From positions 186,001 to 250,000 of the forward strand of contig JAKMXF010000335.1 of NCBI GenBank assembly GCA_024704765.1: a stretch of 64,000 nucleotides of DNA, written 5' to 3'. The DNA comes from Oopsacas minuta (taxonomy: Eukaryota > Animalia > Porifera). Numbering within the stretch: the stretch's first letter is position 1; each line of letters opens with the position of its first letter. The notes under the pieces are model-generated. The model saw only the letters and a program-made list of their open reading frames with translations, had not been told where the DNA came from and searched no databases. Below, piece after piece: positions 1 through 20,248 of the stretch. A program made the translations under genes and the position numbers.

Positions 1-64
1 TTCCATCCAAAATGTACCTAAATATTTCTGTGAACATTTTCAGATTTGTTTGCTAACAAGAACA

Positions 65-943
65 ATGGATAAGTATTTGAGTGAAACTGGCGACCACTTA
101 TTCTCACGTCTCTCCCACAAGGAAATAGATCTAACTAAACACCCTCTATTCTCAAAAGAAATTCTACAAATGAAAACAGTTCGTAGCATAGAAATCACTG
201 GAACAGACTTTAGCGACAAAAATACTCTTTTGCATGAAATTATTATCAGTACATTGCTTCCTGATAAATTTGAAGATTATATTATTAATGGACAGAATGT
301 TGGTGTAATTTTATTCGATTGTGAGCTAAATTTCCCAATTTTAGCTTTTGCAAAGTTTTTAGAAAGTCGCATAACTTATTTGTTGAGATCAAATTCAGCT
401 TATATCTCAGATTTCGTAGAAGTTTCTCCAATACATGTTTCACGTTTGAAAGAACTATGTTTATCCAGGCTCTGGTTATACAAAATTTCTAGCGTATTAG
501 AGCTACATGCAAATTTATTAGCAACTATTGATTTTATTACCGGAATGCAGGATACAGGATTAATACTAATAGATGGAATATCACAGTATTTATGGATGGA
601 TGTTAATCTCTCGGAACAAGGATATACAGACACACAGCTAGTGAATCGGTTCATATCTATTCTACAAAAGATAGAGTTCTCTACGAATTTAACTATTATG
701 ATTGCTGGGACAGTGGATAATTATGGAAATACAAAGAAACAAGGATCACATATAGAAGGACAAACTTTTAAAAGATTGAATTCTAAAAGTAAAGCGTGGG
801 AACAGTATTTTCGCTGTAGAATTATGTTAGAGAAACAAGGGAGCACTCAGATGGCGTATATTCGAGTTAGTAATAATAATCAGTCGAGTAAGGTTGAATT
901 ACAGTTTGAAATATCAGAAAAAGGCTTTGAAATAATTTCATAA
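65..943 (+). CDS. XRCC2: RAD51 paralogue XRCC2-like, single exon (ATG at 65)
   Basis: ETGDHLFSRL N-terminus, VILFDCELNF, LKELCLSRLWLYKISS and the Walker-B-like LILIDGISQYLWMD match the XRCC2 pattern (ESGTELLARL / VLFIDTDYHF / LLILDSLSAFYW). The Walker A position reads GTDFSDKN. Confidence 0.85.
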   Translation: MDKYLSETGDHLFSRLSHKEIDLTKHPLFSKEILQMKTVRSIEITGTDFSDKNTLLHEIIISTLLPDKFEDYIINGQNVGVILFDCELNFPILAFAKFLESRITYLLRSNSAYISDFVEVSPIHVSRLKELCLSRLWLYKISSVLELHANLLATIDFITGMQDTGLILIDGISQYLWMDVNLSEQGYTDTQLVNRFISILQKIEFSTNLTIMIAGTVDNYGNTKKQGSHIEGQTFKRLNSKSKAWEQYFRCRIMLEKQGSTQMAYIRVSNNNQSSKVELQFEISEKGFEIIS

Positions 944-2063
944 TGTATGTTGTTACTGATAATTATTATTGAAGTTGAATTAACAGTGGGTTCGTAATGG
1001 CTCACCGATATCGGACATTACAAGTTACAACTAAGCCCTTTGCATTTTCTATTTGTAGTCCAAATAACAACGATAATCCGCTCATTTGTAAATTGGGAAA
1101 TCGACCAAGTTTACCCATAAATCTTCAAAAGATTCTTCCAGGAAAACCTGTAATTACCTATCTATTAGTTATATTACTCAATTCCCTAAAGATTATATGA
1201 TATAACTAGAATGGCCAAATGGATACAATATTGCTCTAAAAAATGCTATCCAATTCCAGACTACAAATCAATGGATTCATTATCCATAATCTTAATATTA
1301 ATCTTATAGGCAATATAAATATTATTTCTCCATACAATATCAGAGTTTATATTAGAGCTTTTTAATTGTCGAATATATTTTATGGGTAGTGACCGTGAAA
1401 CATATTTGTATTTATTTAATTCCGTAATATGTTTGTGGGTTAAATAGGAGTAGTATTATGTATTCCATTTACTGCTGCTATTGGACTTCCTAAAGTAGTA
1501 TATGGACTCGACTGGAAGTGGAAGGGTATAAAATGCTAAAAACAAAATTTAGTTCCCATTCATTTTAATGCAATTCATATTACTTATGCACTCGGAGAGT
1601 GCGTAATATTTTTGTTTTTTGAATCGGTACGTCTTACCCGAGTTCCACTGTACGTAGTTTCTATTATCTGTTTTGTACTGCAATTATAAAATGATCTAGT
1701 AATCCTCACCTGAATTATCATAACAGAACTACAATAATATAATATTAATAATCTTAGCTAATTATATAATTACAATATTTCACTGTATTGCACTTTAATA
1801 TGCACTAATTGTGTATCAGTGGTTCACGCATGTTTATTCTTTGTATTATGACTATCCTACAGCTTATAATGATTATAAATTCATAGGAGAGTAAGCCATA
1901 ATTGTCTAATTGTGGTCCAAGCAAGTAAAAGAGAATTGACCAATAATATATCGTATCACCCACGTGTAGAAGGAGTTTACTAAGGAATATATCTGCCTAG
2001 TAATTTGAGTACAGTTTAGGCATAATATTATACAAATACTGTTGAATCAAATTTCAAGTAAAA

Positions 2064-5000
2064 ATGGATGCAAAGTGCTCTATACCAGGAGGCCCGTTGA
2101 GCGAGCTCCCGGACTGTCAATGCTCTTTTTCAGATATCTACGAGACGACAGAGCTAGCGAGTGGTCTTCACCAAATCCCACATTTGAATTATTTATTCCA
2201 ACATGTATCGAGTAACTTCACATACTCAATTGAATACGTACAAGGAGTAGCATTCTGGGGTGTTTGTTTAATCGCAATATATCTGTTTTTAATGATTCAC
2301 TGCATATTCTATTCGCTGTGTATGTGCAGGCTAGTGAGGAGGAGTAGGAATTCCTCATGGGAGAAATGTAGTAAGAAACCGAAAGTTTGTCTTACAATAT
2401 TCGGGGTAGTATCTTTTATTGGCATAACAGTTTGTGCTGTTGGAATTTGGAGTGATATTATTCAGAATAGTACATTGGTTAACTTTGTTGATGTTTTTAA
2501 ATCTACAAATAATCTTATTTCAACGCTCGATGAAGGTAAGATACATTTAACATTTCGCCAGTAAACTTAGTTTAACTGGAAACTTAGCTACTAAAAAATC
2601 CGAAATTTGCTTAGAATTTCCATACTCATCATCCTCTCATAATAATTTCCAGATATTCCATTCGCTAAATCCCAGGATTTTCGACAATTTCCGCGGATTC
2701 CAAATTGTATATCCAACTTCAAGCTATTGTATGGGAAAAGGCACATACATCTGCAAATACTTCCCTGTATTACCTGTATAACACAGGGATTCCTTAGGGG
2801 TTAGAGAGTACGGATTTCAATAATTTTAACATATTAATCAATTTGACTTTTTCGACACATCCGTAATAATCTTCATATAATCTTTAGATATAAAGTCAAT
2901 ACCAGTTAAAGACATAGACAAGCTACTCCAAGAAATATCAACAGAACTAGATTCTCTACCAGGAAATACAACAGACCTAGAACAATACAAACAAGATATA
3001 GCAAACTATTTGATTATTACTGAAAGCATAGAAGCAGATATACATGATGTGACGGATAAATTAGATAATATATCTCTTGGAGAGTTAGACTCTATGATGG
3101 AAGCAGGAGTTAAGTATAGGTTTGTTGTTTGGTGTCTTAGTTTGTATTCAGATTAGCCAGTTAGAGTTTTAAGAAAATATATTGAACGTTTCATTTATCA
3201 GTGTGCTTTTGGGGTGACATCACATATTAGGGACTTTCGCCACGAGACAAGAATTATGCAAAAAACACAATGTCACGCTATATTCTCAGCATCCACAAAT
3301 ACCTTTCATGAGCTCGATTAAAATATAGTGTATGCCTGTTATTAGAACCCTTGGGAGTGACCAGCATTTATTATACAGAAAGATATGAGAACTGTTTCCA
3401 GAGGATGACGCTTATAACCGGCATCCACCGTATTACATAATCCAAATTAGATAAGAAATGGTGTTGATAATAATATAGCTCCTTTTTTAGATTAATTGCA
3501 ACATTGCTACTATTCTCTATCACAGCTATCGTGTTATTCTCCTCCATAGTCTACGCTATCAAGCCTCTAACCAGATACACTGGTCTAGTATTTCTAATAA
3601 TAGTAACATTATTTCTTGGTATTTGGTGGTTATTAGGCTCGTTAGCTCTCAGTGCGGATATCGCTCTTGCTGATTTTTGCATTTATCCAAATCCAGATGC
3701 ATTCATTCAAAGTCAAATAACAATAGACAATCAATACAAGGTAATTATTTAAATTTTATTGGGGATAATCGCTCTCCTGTTCACAACTTTGGAGATCATG
3801 CCTCGAAATTTGGCATGTATACTCGTAGTGACATCTAGTTGTGCATCTGTATATCTTTTTATTTGACTAATACGAACAATTGTCTAATGAGTATATGCAT
3901 CTAGGAAGAAAGCAAGTATCTATTATATTGTCACGGATGTGATAATCCTTTTACAACTATTATTAATTTTGAAGACAAATTCAAACAAATTAATGAAACT
4001 TTGGAAAACTTCACAAACTTTACATTTCAACACAGATCTACAAATCATCAACTATTCGTTAATACAGCTACTCTACACGTAAACATATTGTCAGCTTTCA
4101 TAGACGTACATAAAATCATATACAACGACCTAAGTTGTAATGAGACCAGCGCTCTCTATGCAAATGCTATACAAGATGGCTGTTATAATGGTTTATTACA
4201 TTTTACAATAGAAACTAGCTGTGCTATAGCTTTAGCTGTTGTATTTCTGGTGCTGACTACTTCACAATGTAAGTTGTAAAATTCACTTTAAAATATTAAA
4301 TTATCGATAAATCTCAGACACAAATATTATCCTAATTGATAAACTTTCAAATCTGATAGTCAAAACATTTTGACACCATTCTCAGGAAGTTTGAGGGATA
4401 TCGTATAGATATTTGAGTTTTCCGCCCGAACCTGAAAGGACCTCTGGGGTCGGATCGAGCTTGCGACCTGTAACAGAGAACAATGTGAATCCGAAGGCCC
4501 GAATTAAATAGTATATTATTCTTACTTGAATTTAGGCTTCAATGCTTTCAGACTGATAGCTTACTATTCTAAGAAGAATAATGAAGTTAAAGGTAGATTT
4601 GTAGGTCTACCCGATTTCGCTCCAGTTAACTCTTCTGGCATAGAAATAGACCGTAGCACTGTCGTAGCTCCAACGAGGACGCCAAACTTCCATCACGACC
4701 CGAGCAGGGTGGGATACACTAGATCCCTGAATGTTGCTCCAGCACAAGAATATACACCTACACATCAGCCAGGATATATAGGACCAGTAGGTTTAATCTA
4801 TACGGTCTAACTATATGCAATAGAATATCGGTTCCCATCCTGGTGTACATTGACCTCTCGATGGTCCACGTACGACAGCAGGGGAGGCAACAGCGTCTCA
4901 AAATTTATATTGTAGTGTATGGAAGAGGGTCTACAGAATGTGTTAAAGTTGGCATAAGGGTTATAGTAGGTACTTTCTCGTTTTCGTAGAGGGCATAAAA

Positions 5001-5490
5001 TCCTGGTAAATGTAAATACAATCGTCTTCGCTTGATATGTATTACATATTGGGTTGATAAGTTTATTAGAAGAATAAATAATGAATTTCAAATAATTTTC
5101 GCTGTTATGAAACTGACAGAAATTTAATTTTCATGTTGAAACATAACAAAACAAACAATTGTTGCAAAACTATGGATATTCACATTAGCAGACTATAGTT
5201 TTGCAACAATCAAACTAGTTTATACGTTAATACAATAGTCTGATGTCAATGTGTATCCTAATTTATCAATGGACGAACTTCCTGCATTCACAACCGAATC
5301 AATCCAATATGAGAAATTCTACAGACCAGGAGTAACAACTAACTCAGACTATATCTATGACACTGATGAAGAAACTCGTGCATCCTTAAGAAGCCCAATG
5401 GAAGAGAATCTTTACAAATATTTCCCTAGAATAGCACAGTCTCTATCAGATGCAGATCTTGACCAAAATTCCCCATACTCTCCAAATTAA
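2064..5490 (+). CDS. TTYH: Tweety-family membrane protein/channel, multi-exon (approx. 2064-2536, ~2890-3115, ~3490-3740, ~3905-4268, ~4560-4786, 5239-5490)
   Basis: LHQIPHLNYLF N-terminus, two N-terminal TM helices, WWLLGSLALSADIALADFCIYPNPD (cf. tweety AVGLSDFCSNPD), YYIVHGCDNPF and LSCNETSALYANAIQDGCYNGLL. GT..AG boundaries seen at most junctions; internal exon limits approximate. Confidence 0.88.
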
Positions 5491-5500
5491 TATACACATA

Positions 5501-5630
5501 GGGTGCGTTACAATTCAATGAATAGGGCGCGCTCTTAAAGTCAAGGCGAATCAATTGAATTTTAGGGTGAAGGAAATTGAATATATGAAATAGGATAAAT
5601 TGGTTCTGCTATTGGATTTGTAACGCGCCC
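5501..5630. mobile_element. Short TIR element just after the tweety 5490 stop codon
   Basis: TA|gggtgcgttacaa ... ttgtaacgcgccc|TA (13-bp TIR, one mismatch). Confidence 0.7.
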
Positions 5631-5808
5631 TATTCGATGCTCGACCTTCGCTAATACGTACTCCACGGGACCGTAGATATACATATATGCTAATATTAGT
5701 TATCACAAGGCATTGAACGCAAAAACACTACTGCCTGGAGAAAGTATTGGGATACTTTAGCCAGCAGTATATGAAATCAAGTATGCGAGATTTTTTTCTC
5801 TCTCTTAG

Positions 5809-5895
5809 GCATGTGAAGAATATGAACTCCCTCCCAACTATGCAAACATTATACAATCAGCTGATTACGAAGGGTATAAAGAAATTTCTCTATAA
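5809..5895 (+). CDS. Candidate alternative last coding exon of the tweety gene (ACEEYELPPNYANIIQSADYEGYKEISL*)
   Basis: Strong acceptor tttttttctctctcttag at 5791-5808, then 28 open codons in phase 0, compatible with the phase-0 donor cca|gtaggt near 4786. Contains PPNY (PPxY). Confidence 0.55.
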   Translation, partial: ACEEYELPPNYANIIQSADYEGYKEISL

Positions 5896-6000
5896 TTGTA
5901 TTTAACCATTGGATTATTATTGTTATGTATTTTAATGTATTACTCTTTAACTATGTTTTGTATTAAGCTGAATTATTTAAATGGTCTTTCATTATCATTT

Positions 6001-6140
6001 ACTGTCAACTCCCATTATATCGAAGCTAAAGGAGCCGCGATAATTGCTTCGATAAAATCGATGAAAATTTGTGATACTTTGACGGTTTGGGACCATATTT
6101 GTACAATTTCATACTTTGATATAAGCGGGTATTTCTCTAT
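6001..6140 (+). mobile_element. MITE family A (TA-flanked, TIR cagtcaactcc..ggagttgactg), 3'-truncated copy
   Basis: tgtcaactcccattatatcgaagctaaaggagccgcgataatt ... gacggtttgggaccatatttgtacaatt shared with 12 other copies. Confidence 0.8.
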
Positions 6141-6285
6141 TACATTTACTTATATTCTCTATACAAGGGATTCAATTTCACTCAAAACAAACATACACAA
6201 CGAAGGGGTGTAGAAATGTAGTTCAACAATCTTAATATTACAAATCCAATATTTATCATAAAGTACACAAATTATATCAAACAAA

Positions 6286-8201
6286 TTATCCAGCAACAAC
6301 ATATGATTCTACTCGACACTCATCGTAGCCCCTTAGAATTTTAAAGTATCCTCCTAAACTGCCCCATGATGTACCCCAAGAATTCGCACAGAGCCAGTAA
6401 GGTGTACTATAACTATCTACACCCCAGCCCATGATCTTTACGGCATGTACTCCGATCAGTGCTCCGTATGTGTACTTGTATACTCCTCTACTGTATGCAT
6501 AGAAGTCTTCGTATACCTGAAAATAAAGTATTTTAACTAGAATATTAGCAGAATAATTAATTTACTAATTTATGAATTCAAACGTGACGTAACAAATCAT
6601 ATACACTGAAACCTTCACAAACGGGGCATATGGAAGCGGAATAGCACTTTTCGCCGTCTCTGGCACTCGTTTGTCTTAGGTTACACTGTATTTTAAATCT
6701 CAATGTTGTCCTAAATATTTTAAAAATTGAGTTGACTGTGAAACTGGTAAGAGCTATGAGCTATAAATATGATATGTGTATGGAAATTCATTCAACTTAA
6801 GTCATCTCAAATTTCAAAGCCAAATCTTGGTTCATATCTCTGTGAAAAGGTGACGAATGTTCTCCCTATGGTATACATTGATTCATTCAATGATAAATTG
6901 AAGAAGTTAAGAGGCAAAACGGACGTGAATCATCACTCACATATAAAGCAGTCTCAACTGGACCTTTGGTGTATATTTCATACATTATCTTATTGATACC
7001 ACTGAGTGAGTAAGCACCATATACAGGGTAGTAGAACTCTGGCTTAACATAGCTAGACGAAGGACACTCCTTATTTGAGAGATAGCATTCTCCGGTAGAC
7101 CTAGAACTACCGCTTTTATATGCATAGCAATCCTCTGTTACTGTTCCTGTAGACCTCATGTACTTCCAAGCTTCTGAAATGTATCCACCTTCACAACCTA
7201 CATAGCGTATAGAATAAGATATTCACATACTTGCTGATTAGCTCCCCAAGATTCATGGATTATCCCCGAATTTTAATAGAAATCAAAGGAAGAAATTGAT
7301 TTTTTCCAAATAATTGTTTGAAATTGCTATTTAAGGATGGAAACTTTGAAATACCGAAATTTAGCAAAGAGATTATACAAATAGATTAGTCAGTAATTAA
7401 CTGTCACGTTTTGGGTAGTGTGTATGCTGTGTTAATCTCCCAATAATAATTCTGATTTCTTTCTTTCTAGAATCCTTAAATTCAAGGATTTCAACCCTAA
7501 ACATCACTTGATTTACTCTAATAAACAAATGTTTCAAGCAATTGTGAACATACTAGACAGCAATTAGTCAGATTTGCGTTGCATGTTGCACTGTATAGTT
7601 AGTAATTCAATGAAACATAGTGTGATTAAGTCACCAATTCAAAATGCACTATTTCTATGAAGCTTTGCGTTCTTTGCAATAAACTACACTCCAAATATTT
7701 TAATAAACAGAACTTACCTCTACTAGAACTATCACAAGATACCAGCTGTTGAGGTGATAATATAACCCTTACAGTTTCCGAAGAGTATATACACAGTCTA
7801 TCTGCTAGAGCACTAGTAGCCGCAAATGCCCAACAACTTCCACATTCTCCTTGATTTCTAATTGAACCTCCGCAGCCGGAATACCTCCTACGAATATCGT
7901 AGGAGGTCGGCGCGCCCATCGGCCAAATATCCTCCTCATTACCAAATAAATGGGGGGCAGGAGGCAGTGTTTCGCTCACATTTTCTGGGACTACCCCAGT
8001 AAGGCACCGTGCTTGCTCGAAAGTTAAATCTTCAAATCCTGGGCTAACTGCTGCTACCCAGCTTATATTAATACTGTTCACTATTTGAACGATAGTTTTT
8101 ATATCAATTAATTCAGTGTTTCTGCCAATTATTGTAAAACTCTGTGTTACAACGCACAAACTGCCCAGCATAAATATCGTGCATAAAATTGCCATCTTCA
8201 T
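6286..8201 (-). CDS. Cathepsin B-like papain-family (C1A) cysteine protease, 3 exons (8201-~7720, ~7200-~6945, ~6518-6286)
   Basis: Signal peptide; NQGECGSCWAF (catalytic Cys); LSPQQLVSCD; GCEGGYISEAW; GPVETALYVYEDF; GVHAVKIMGWG (His); WLCANSWG (Asn); ends ECRVESYVVAG*. Confidence 0.92.
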
Positions 8202-9586
8202 TCACCATTAATCTCAACCATTCAGTATATATGCAAGAGTTTTGCTAGGATTCTGAAATCTGTACACTGCAGCAGCGGGCCATATGGTCATTAACGTATT
8301 ACCATTTATCTTAAGAAGCTTGACAGGCAGTTGATTAAGTTGATTCACAAATGCTGACAGAATTGCATGCTTAATTACCCAAATCTGTCATGAGTGAATC
8401 CCAATTCGCTGTCAAGTGAAGGGTTGCTGTGTGCAATTGTAGTACTTATTTATGAAAATTAACAATAATGAATTCGTATAAACAATTGTAATTAGGTTTC
8501 TTTCGTAAATATTTTATTATTTGTGTCGTTATGAGCACAAATATAGACAAAAGTATTTGTTGTTGATATTCATGTCGCGGCAGTTGCCTTCGAGTATTAA
8601 TTGAGTAATTCATTCTAGATTAATTTGACTTGATTAATTGATGGTATGGCATATTATAGGTGATGTATGAGAATTTCCAAACTTATGGGTGTATAAAAAA
8701 TTGAAATTGTTATAAATTGTGAATATACGAAGTATTTAGAAAATTGATATTATCCATTGGCTATGTATCAATTCCTCTTCACCTCTTTTATACCTATATT
8801 TATCCACATATGATGAAAACTGGAACTTGTACGTCTTGCCGTTAGTTTCATATTAAAAATAGTATTACGAATTGGGAGCATATCTAATTGACTGCATTAG
8901 ATGGAATTGAAGAGCATTAACGAAATGTCCGAGTAGAAAGGAAAATATTTCGAATTTTAAAATTGAATCAAAGAAATTGTAATGTTCTAAATTTGAATGG
9001 ATAACGTTAATAATCGTATTTATTACTTTGATTGGTGAGAAGACTGCTGACAGGCTTATGGCAGTTCAAAGAGAGTTTGAAGTATTTCAAGGATCGGATT
9101 TCTTTCGGAGTGGAATAATTTAAATTACCAGAGTGAATAATACAAACTCTATGAACAACAAATACACATGCAATGTGATTATAACTATCGTATTTTATCG
9201 AATCGTTTCAAAATGCCGAAAATGGAAAGAAAAATCGATAAACACCCATTCAAATGTACAATCCACTGTTTCTCAATATTTTTTGGGCCAAATAACTTCC
9301 TTAAACACTTCCCGTGGACGAAGAAACGCCCCCAGCGTGAGAAAACTGGTATAAACCATTAAATACCAAGTTAGAGTATTAAATGATATAAGTAGTTCAA
9401 CAACAGCAGAATCCATAGAAATAACTAATACAAAATATATAGCAATTATTATATCTATAGTATCAGTACGGAGATTAGAAGTGTACAATTCAAAATATTA
9501 CAGAGCTTTAGAGAATAAGTATAGTGCAAAATACAAATAATATACAACTGAGGGCTGAGCTATAGCTATCGGATATTTACATAGTT

Positions 9587-16116
<6,530 letters not shown>

Positions 16117-19100
16117 TTTTCCAGGAAACTAGAGCGCTAATGAATTATGAGAGCAAAATTATGCGTGGAAATTTAGTAAAATGTTTGGAAAATCTATATT
16201 TAGGCTGTGGAGCAATATTTTGTAATAAGTTACAGTGAAAAATTGTGAAAATGAAACTATGAGGAAAATTAATTGAAAATTTTGAATTATATACCACAAA
16301 ATTAGAAAACAATTATCTACTCGTGAGTATATTGCATAACAACATACCAAATGGCTGATTGAATACTAAGCAAGTACAAGTGCATATACAATGTGGTGGA
16401 TAATGATGAATATTTGAGGCTTCATCAAAAACAATATAATAGCATTCTTATTGTGGGATAACGTTGCTAGGTAATAGCTGGTATTTAAAAAATTCAGATT
16501 TGGGAATTATTGTGAAAAAATGGCACGATAAATTGTGAATGAGGTTTGTTTACAATATTTCACTTCTAATGCAAATTACGCGTTTCACATAGTGTGATTG
16601 TCAGGGGAGTTATCTTCCCATATGAAAACAGAATTGATATTAATCCTTGCACTAACTGTTCATCTCAGTTTGGAATTGTTTGAACATATGGAAATGTAAT
16701 AATTGTATATTCTCATTAACCCATGGTTTCTGTCAAAAGTATTTATTGCCAAGATTTAAGGGATATTTGGTTGGTGATCTGTTCAACTGAAATATACAGT
16801 GGTATTGGCCTTCGAGCAAGTTTTTTCAGGGACTTCAATTTGTATTTGAAATATTACCTCTAATAGAAAGTTCGCGTATTAGCAAGGGAATTCATGCAAA
16901 ATCCACAGTATACTTATCGCTGAACATCCGAAGATAATTGAGATAAACAGAAATGAGAAATCTATTTCCAGTTGTTGTTGTTGTTGTTTGTTTAGAAAAG
17001 ATATACAAATCTGAATTTATACTCATAATTTCAAGTTAATCTACACAAACACATCAATGAAGTCATGCTATAACATAACAATACTCATAAATTGCCCTCT
17101 TATAAGTGATTCTTATAAGAATGTCTAACGTTTCGATTCCAAACTAATTACAAATACATAGAAAAACAATTCATGCTCTATATTTCCCAAAACTATAACT
17201 TAATAGCGTTGTTGTCAACACAAATATCAGTCAAAACATACTTATCAATACATGACGATATATTTCGTAAGGAGAGCTTCTTCAACTCACCAAATAGGAA
17301 TGGATAGTTAACAGAGTCAAAGTCAAGGGTTAATTAAGAATAATTAGAAGCAGTCAGAGTGTATAAAATATGACAATAATAATAATAATAGATTTTCCTA
17401 AAATGAATATTTATGGCACTACTTAGCAACCACTTTGTCCACAGCAATGTATGGCTAGAAATTTTGCAACTACCTTAGATTCATAAATTGGTGATGGATG
17501 TACTCGATTTAACTACATGCAATCTCCCATACAATGTATATAAATTCCTCGTTAGTGGAGGTTAAACTGTAGTTGAACTGAATTCCAACACAGCTTTACA
17601 TGAAACTTTTGATAATAAGCTTATATTTTGAATTGAGAACAGAATCTCTTTTCTCTCTATCTATTCTAACAACCTTTACTTATTCAAGTTCATACTAATG
17701 AAGTTTTCGTCAATTCTAAAGCTCTAACGATGATCTAAGTCTGTAAGAAAGAGCCAAATTATAGCCACTTTATCAATAGTCTGATAGATATTAATCATCA
17801 ATGGCCTATATAGGTAAAACATCACCCAAAACACATTTAGGAGTAGCCTTCGGCACATTTCTCAACAAAAACTCCTTTTTTGACAATATATCTCCGTATA
17901 TTTGAAGTAGATCCAATTTGGTGACAATCCTGTAAAAATTTTTTTTGAATTTCCTGGATGCAATAATCGAGTAAATGTACATCCTAGAATCCGCAATATT
18001 CGTTTTTTTATAAGAATAAATTGCAGTCTCAGATTTCTGAAGGCATAGATCATGTTTCTAAATACTTCTTGTACTCATGTTACCGCAGTATTATTGAAAA
18101 TATATAATTATGGAATATATTTGTAAATATAGAACTTTGTAGATAATTATTTCAAATACAGATATAATAATAAAATATTCCCATTTTGAAAATATACACA
18201 GTCAGCCCCAAACTGCCAAATCAATTTCCCAAAGTTCTGCCAATTTCCCACTAAATATTATAAAATAAATTAGAGAGTTCTCTATAAATAGGAAAGGTAT
18301 CGTTGAGTTCCGCTACAAGGAAACAATCGGTGAAATAAGTAATATATGTATATGACGGAGATGAAATTCAATTGAATTACAATCGCAGACATTACTTTCA
18401 TGGCCATGAATAGACTTTGACCCAAATTTAATTCTACAATAAAGCCAATTGTTACGCTAATTATTTAGTAGTTTATCATGAATAGGGCCATCTGCATGTC
18501 ACAGAATTTTCTTATTATGTAAAAACCTGGATCACAGAAATCATCAACTTATGAAATCTGAGACGATGTAATGTGTAAATTGATTCAAATCCATACAAGG
18601 AATTAGAATATCATTTCTTCGCCAAAAATCTTTCAACTGGGGAGATTAAGCCGTATTCATCAAAGTTCCTATTCAATTCTAATATTTTGAATTCCACTTT
18701 AGAAATTGATAGCTGAGGTATCTCGTTTTGACTGATATTAGAATTTTAGCCGAACATGAATAGGTCCAGCTGTCCACATCAAATTAACACAGTGGCGGCA
18801 GCAAACACTTGAGAGCAAATATTCAACTAATTAATTAAACTCTATTATGAATTGTTGGAAATTTTTCGCAGCGACGAAAGTGAACAAAATATGGTTTCAC
18901 TAATTCGTATGACTATATATATGATACAAAAATATGACAGAATATATTAGGTACAGAATTGAAGAAGAGTTGAACTTTTAAGAATATGTTTGTGATGAAT
19001 TTATCACAAGAAAAGGAGTATAGACAGGTAAATCTGTGGTGAAAAATTCAATATTTTGCTAGAAACAGTTATCAATAATCTGGTATTTGGGGATTTTCAT

Positions 19101-20248
19101 TATTGGACTTTCAAAGAATTAATTTGTAACTTTTAAAGCGTTCTAAAAAGTCAAATAATCATAAATTGATCGTTCTGTCTGCAAATTTGTAGCTGGAATT
19201 TTCCCAAATTTAATATCTCTTCTCAATAAATTTCCAAATAGTAAGATTGTATTCCTAATTAATTTCTGTTAATAATCTCCACAATAGCTCTTTCAAAACT
19301 TACTAAAGAATAAAATGGAGCATTTAGCTAAACTTTATAGCTAAAATCTTTTCAAAACAAAACTTGCTTATAGATAGCACAGATTGACCCAATTTTCGTT
19401 GAATTATCAAAATACATTCACAAACATCCAAATTGTTTCAGTATGGTAAAGGATTTAAATCAGTGGATTTGGTTGATCATTTAATGTCCACTATTTGTGT
19501 TGGAAAACGCGGGGAAATTAGTTCTCCTTTCACTATTATTTTGGCTTCTGTAGCACTAGTGTTACTATGATAAGAAAATGCTCTCTATTAGGAAATGTGC
19601 TCCATCTAAGATTAATTATAATGAGAGTTATAATCTTTGCAAAAAGCGCAGAATACGTATCTAGTTTTCAAATTCTAGAATTATCGAAAGTTTGGAAAAT
19701 GGAATATTTTGATCGCAATTTTGCATTGCATTTTGAAATAAACTTGTAGTTACACTGAAAAACTAAAATTAGCAAATTTGGAAATTAGTTTTCAATACCT
19801 GAATGCAATTAATAACAAATATAATTCTGAAGACCTCAAATAGTATAATATTACGATTATAATGAATTTGAGGATATAAAATTTCCCAAAACTGAAAAAC
19901 AATAAAAATAGCAATTACTGTACTTCTTCCTCACCCCCAAACTCATTCATATCTAACCACGGACATTGAAAAGTCAAACGAAGCCATTTCATTGATTTTT
20001 AGTTGTACAAATGAATATATAAAAGAAAGATAATACGTATACAATTCACGGAAAACAAAAGAAACCAATTCATTTTCCATTCAATATATTGTGATAAGTT
20101 ACAACATTATACCACAAATCGAAATAATACATACATCTCTGAACTGATATTTCTACAGCTATATATAAACCTGACTAACCATTGAATTTTACATTCTACG
20201 AATATCTTTTGACTTGAAATTATTTACAACAGAATACTAGTATATATT

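Noticed and set aside
5896-6213. Short ORFs sharing WDHICTI / ITGVDC-like peptides (also 22829-23029, 41988-42197, 44627-44848, 46900-47091)
   Set aside because: The shared peptides come from chance translation of MITE family A copies, not from a protein family.
8980-9500. Protein-like fragments on the + strand between cathepsin and the Argonaute 3' end
   Set aside because: Short, in different frames, with no recognisable motif or splice structure; cannot be supported as a gene.
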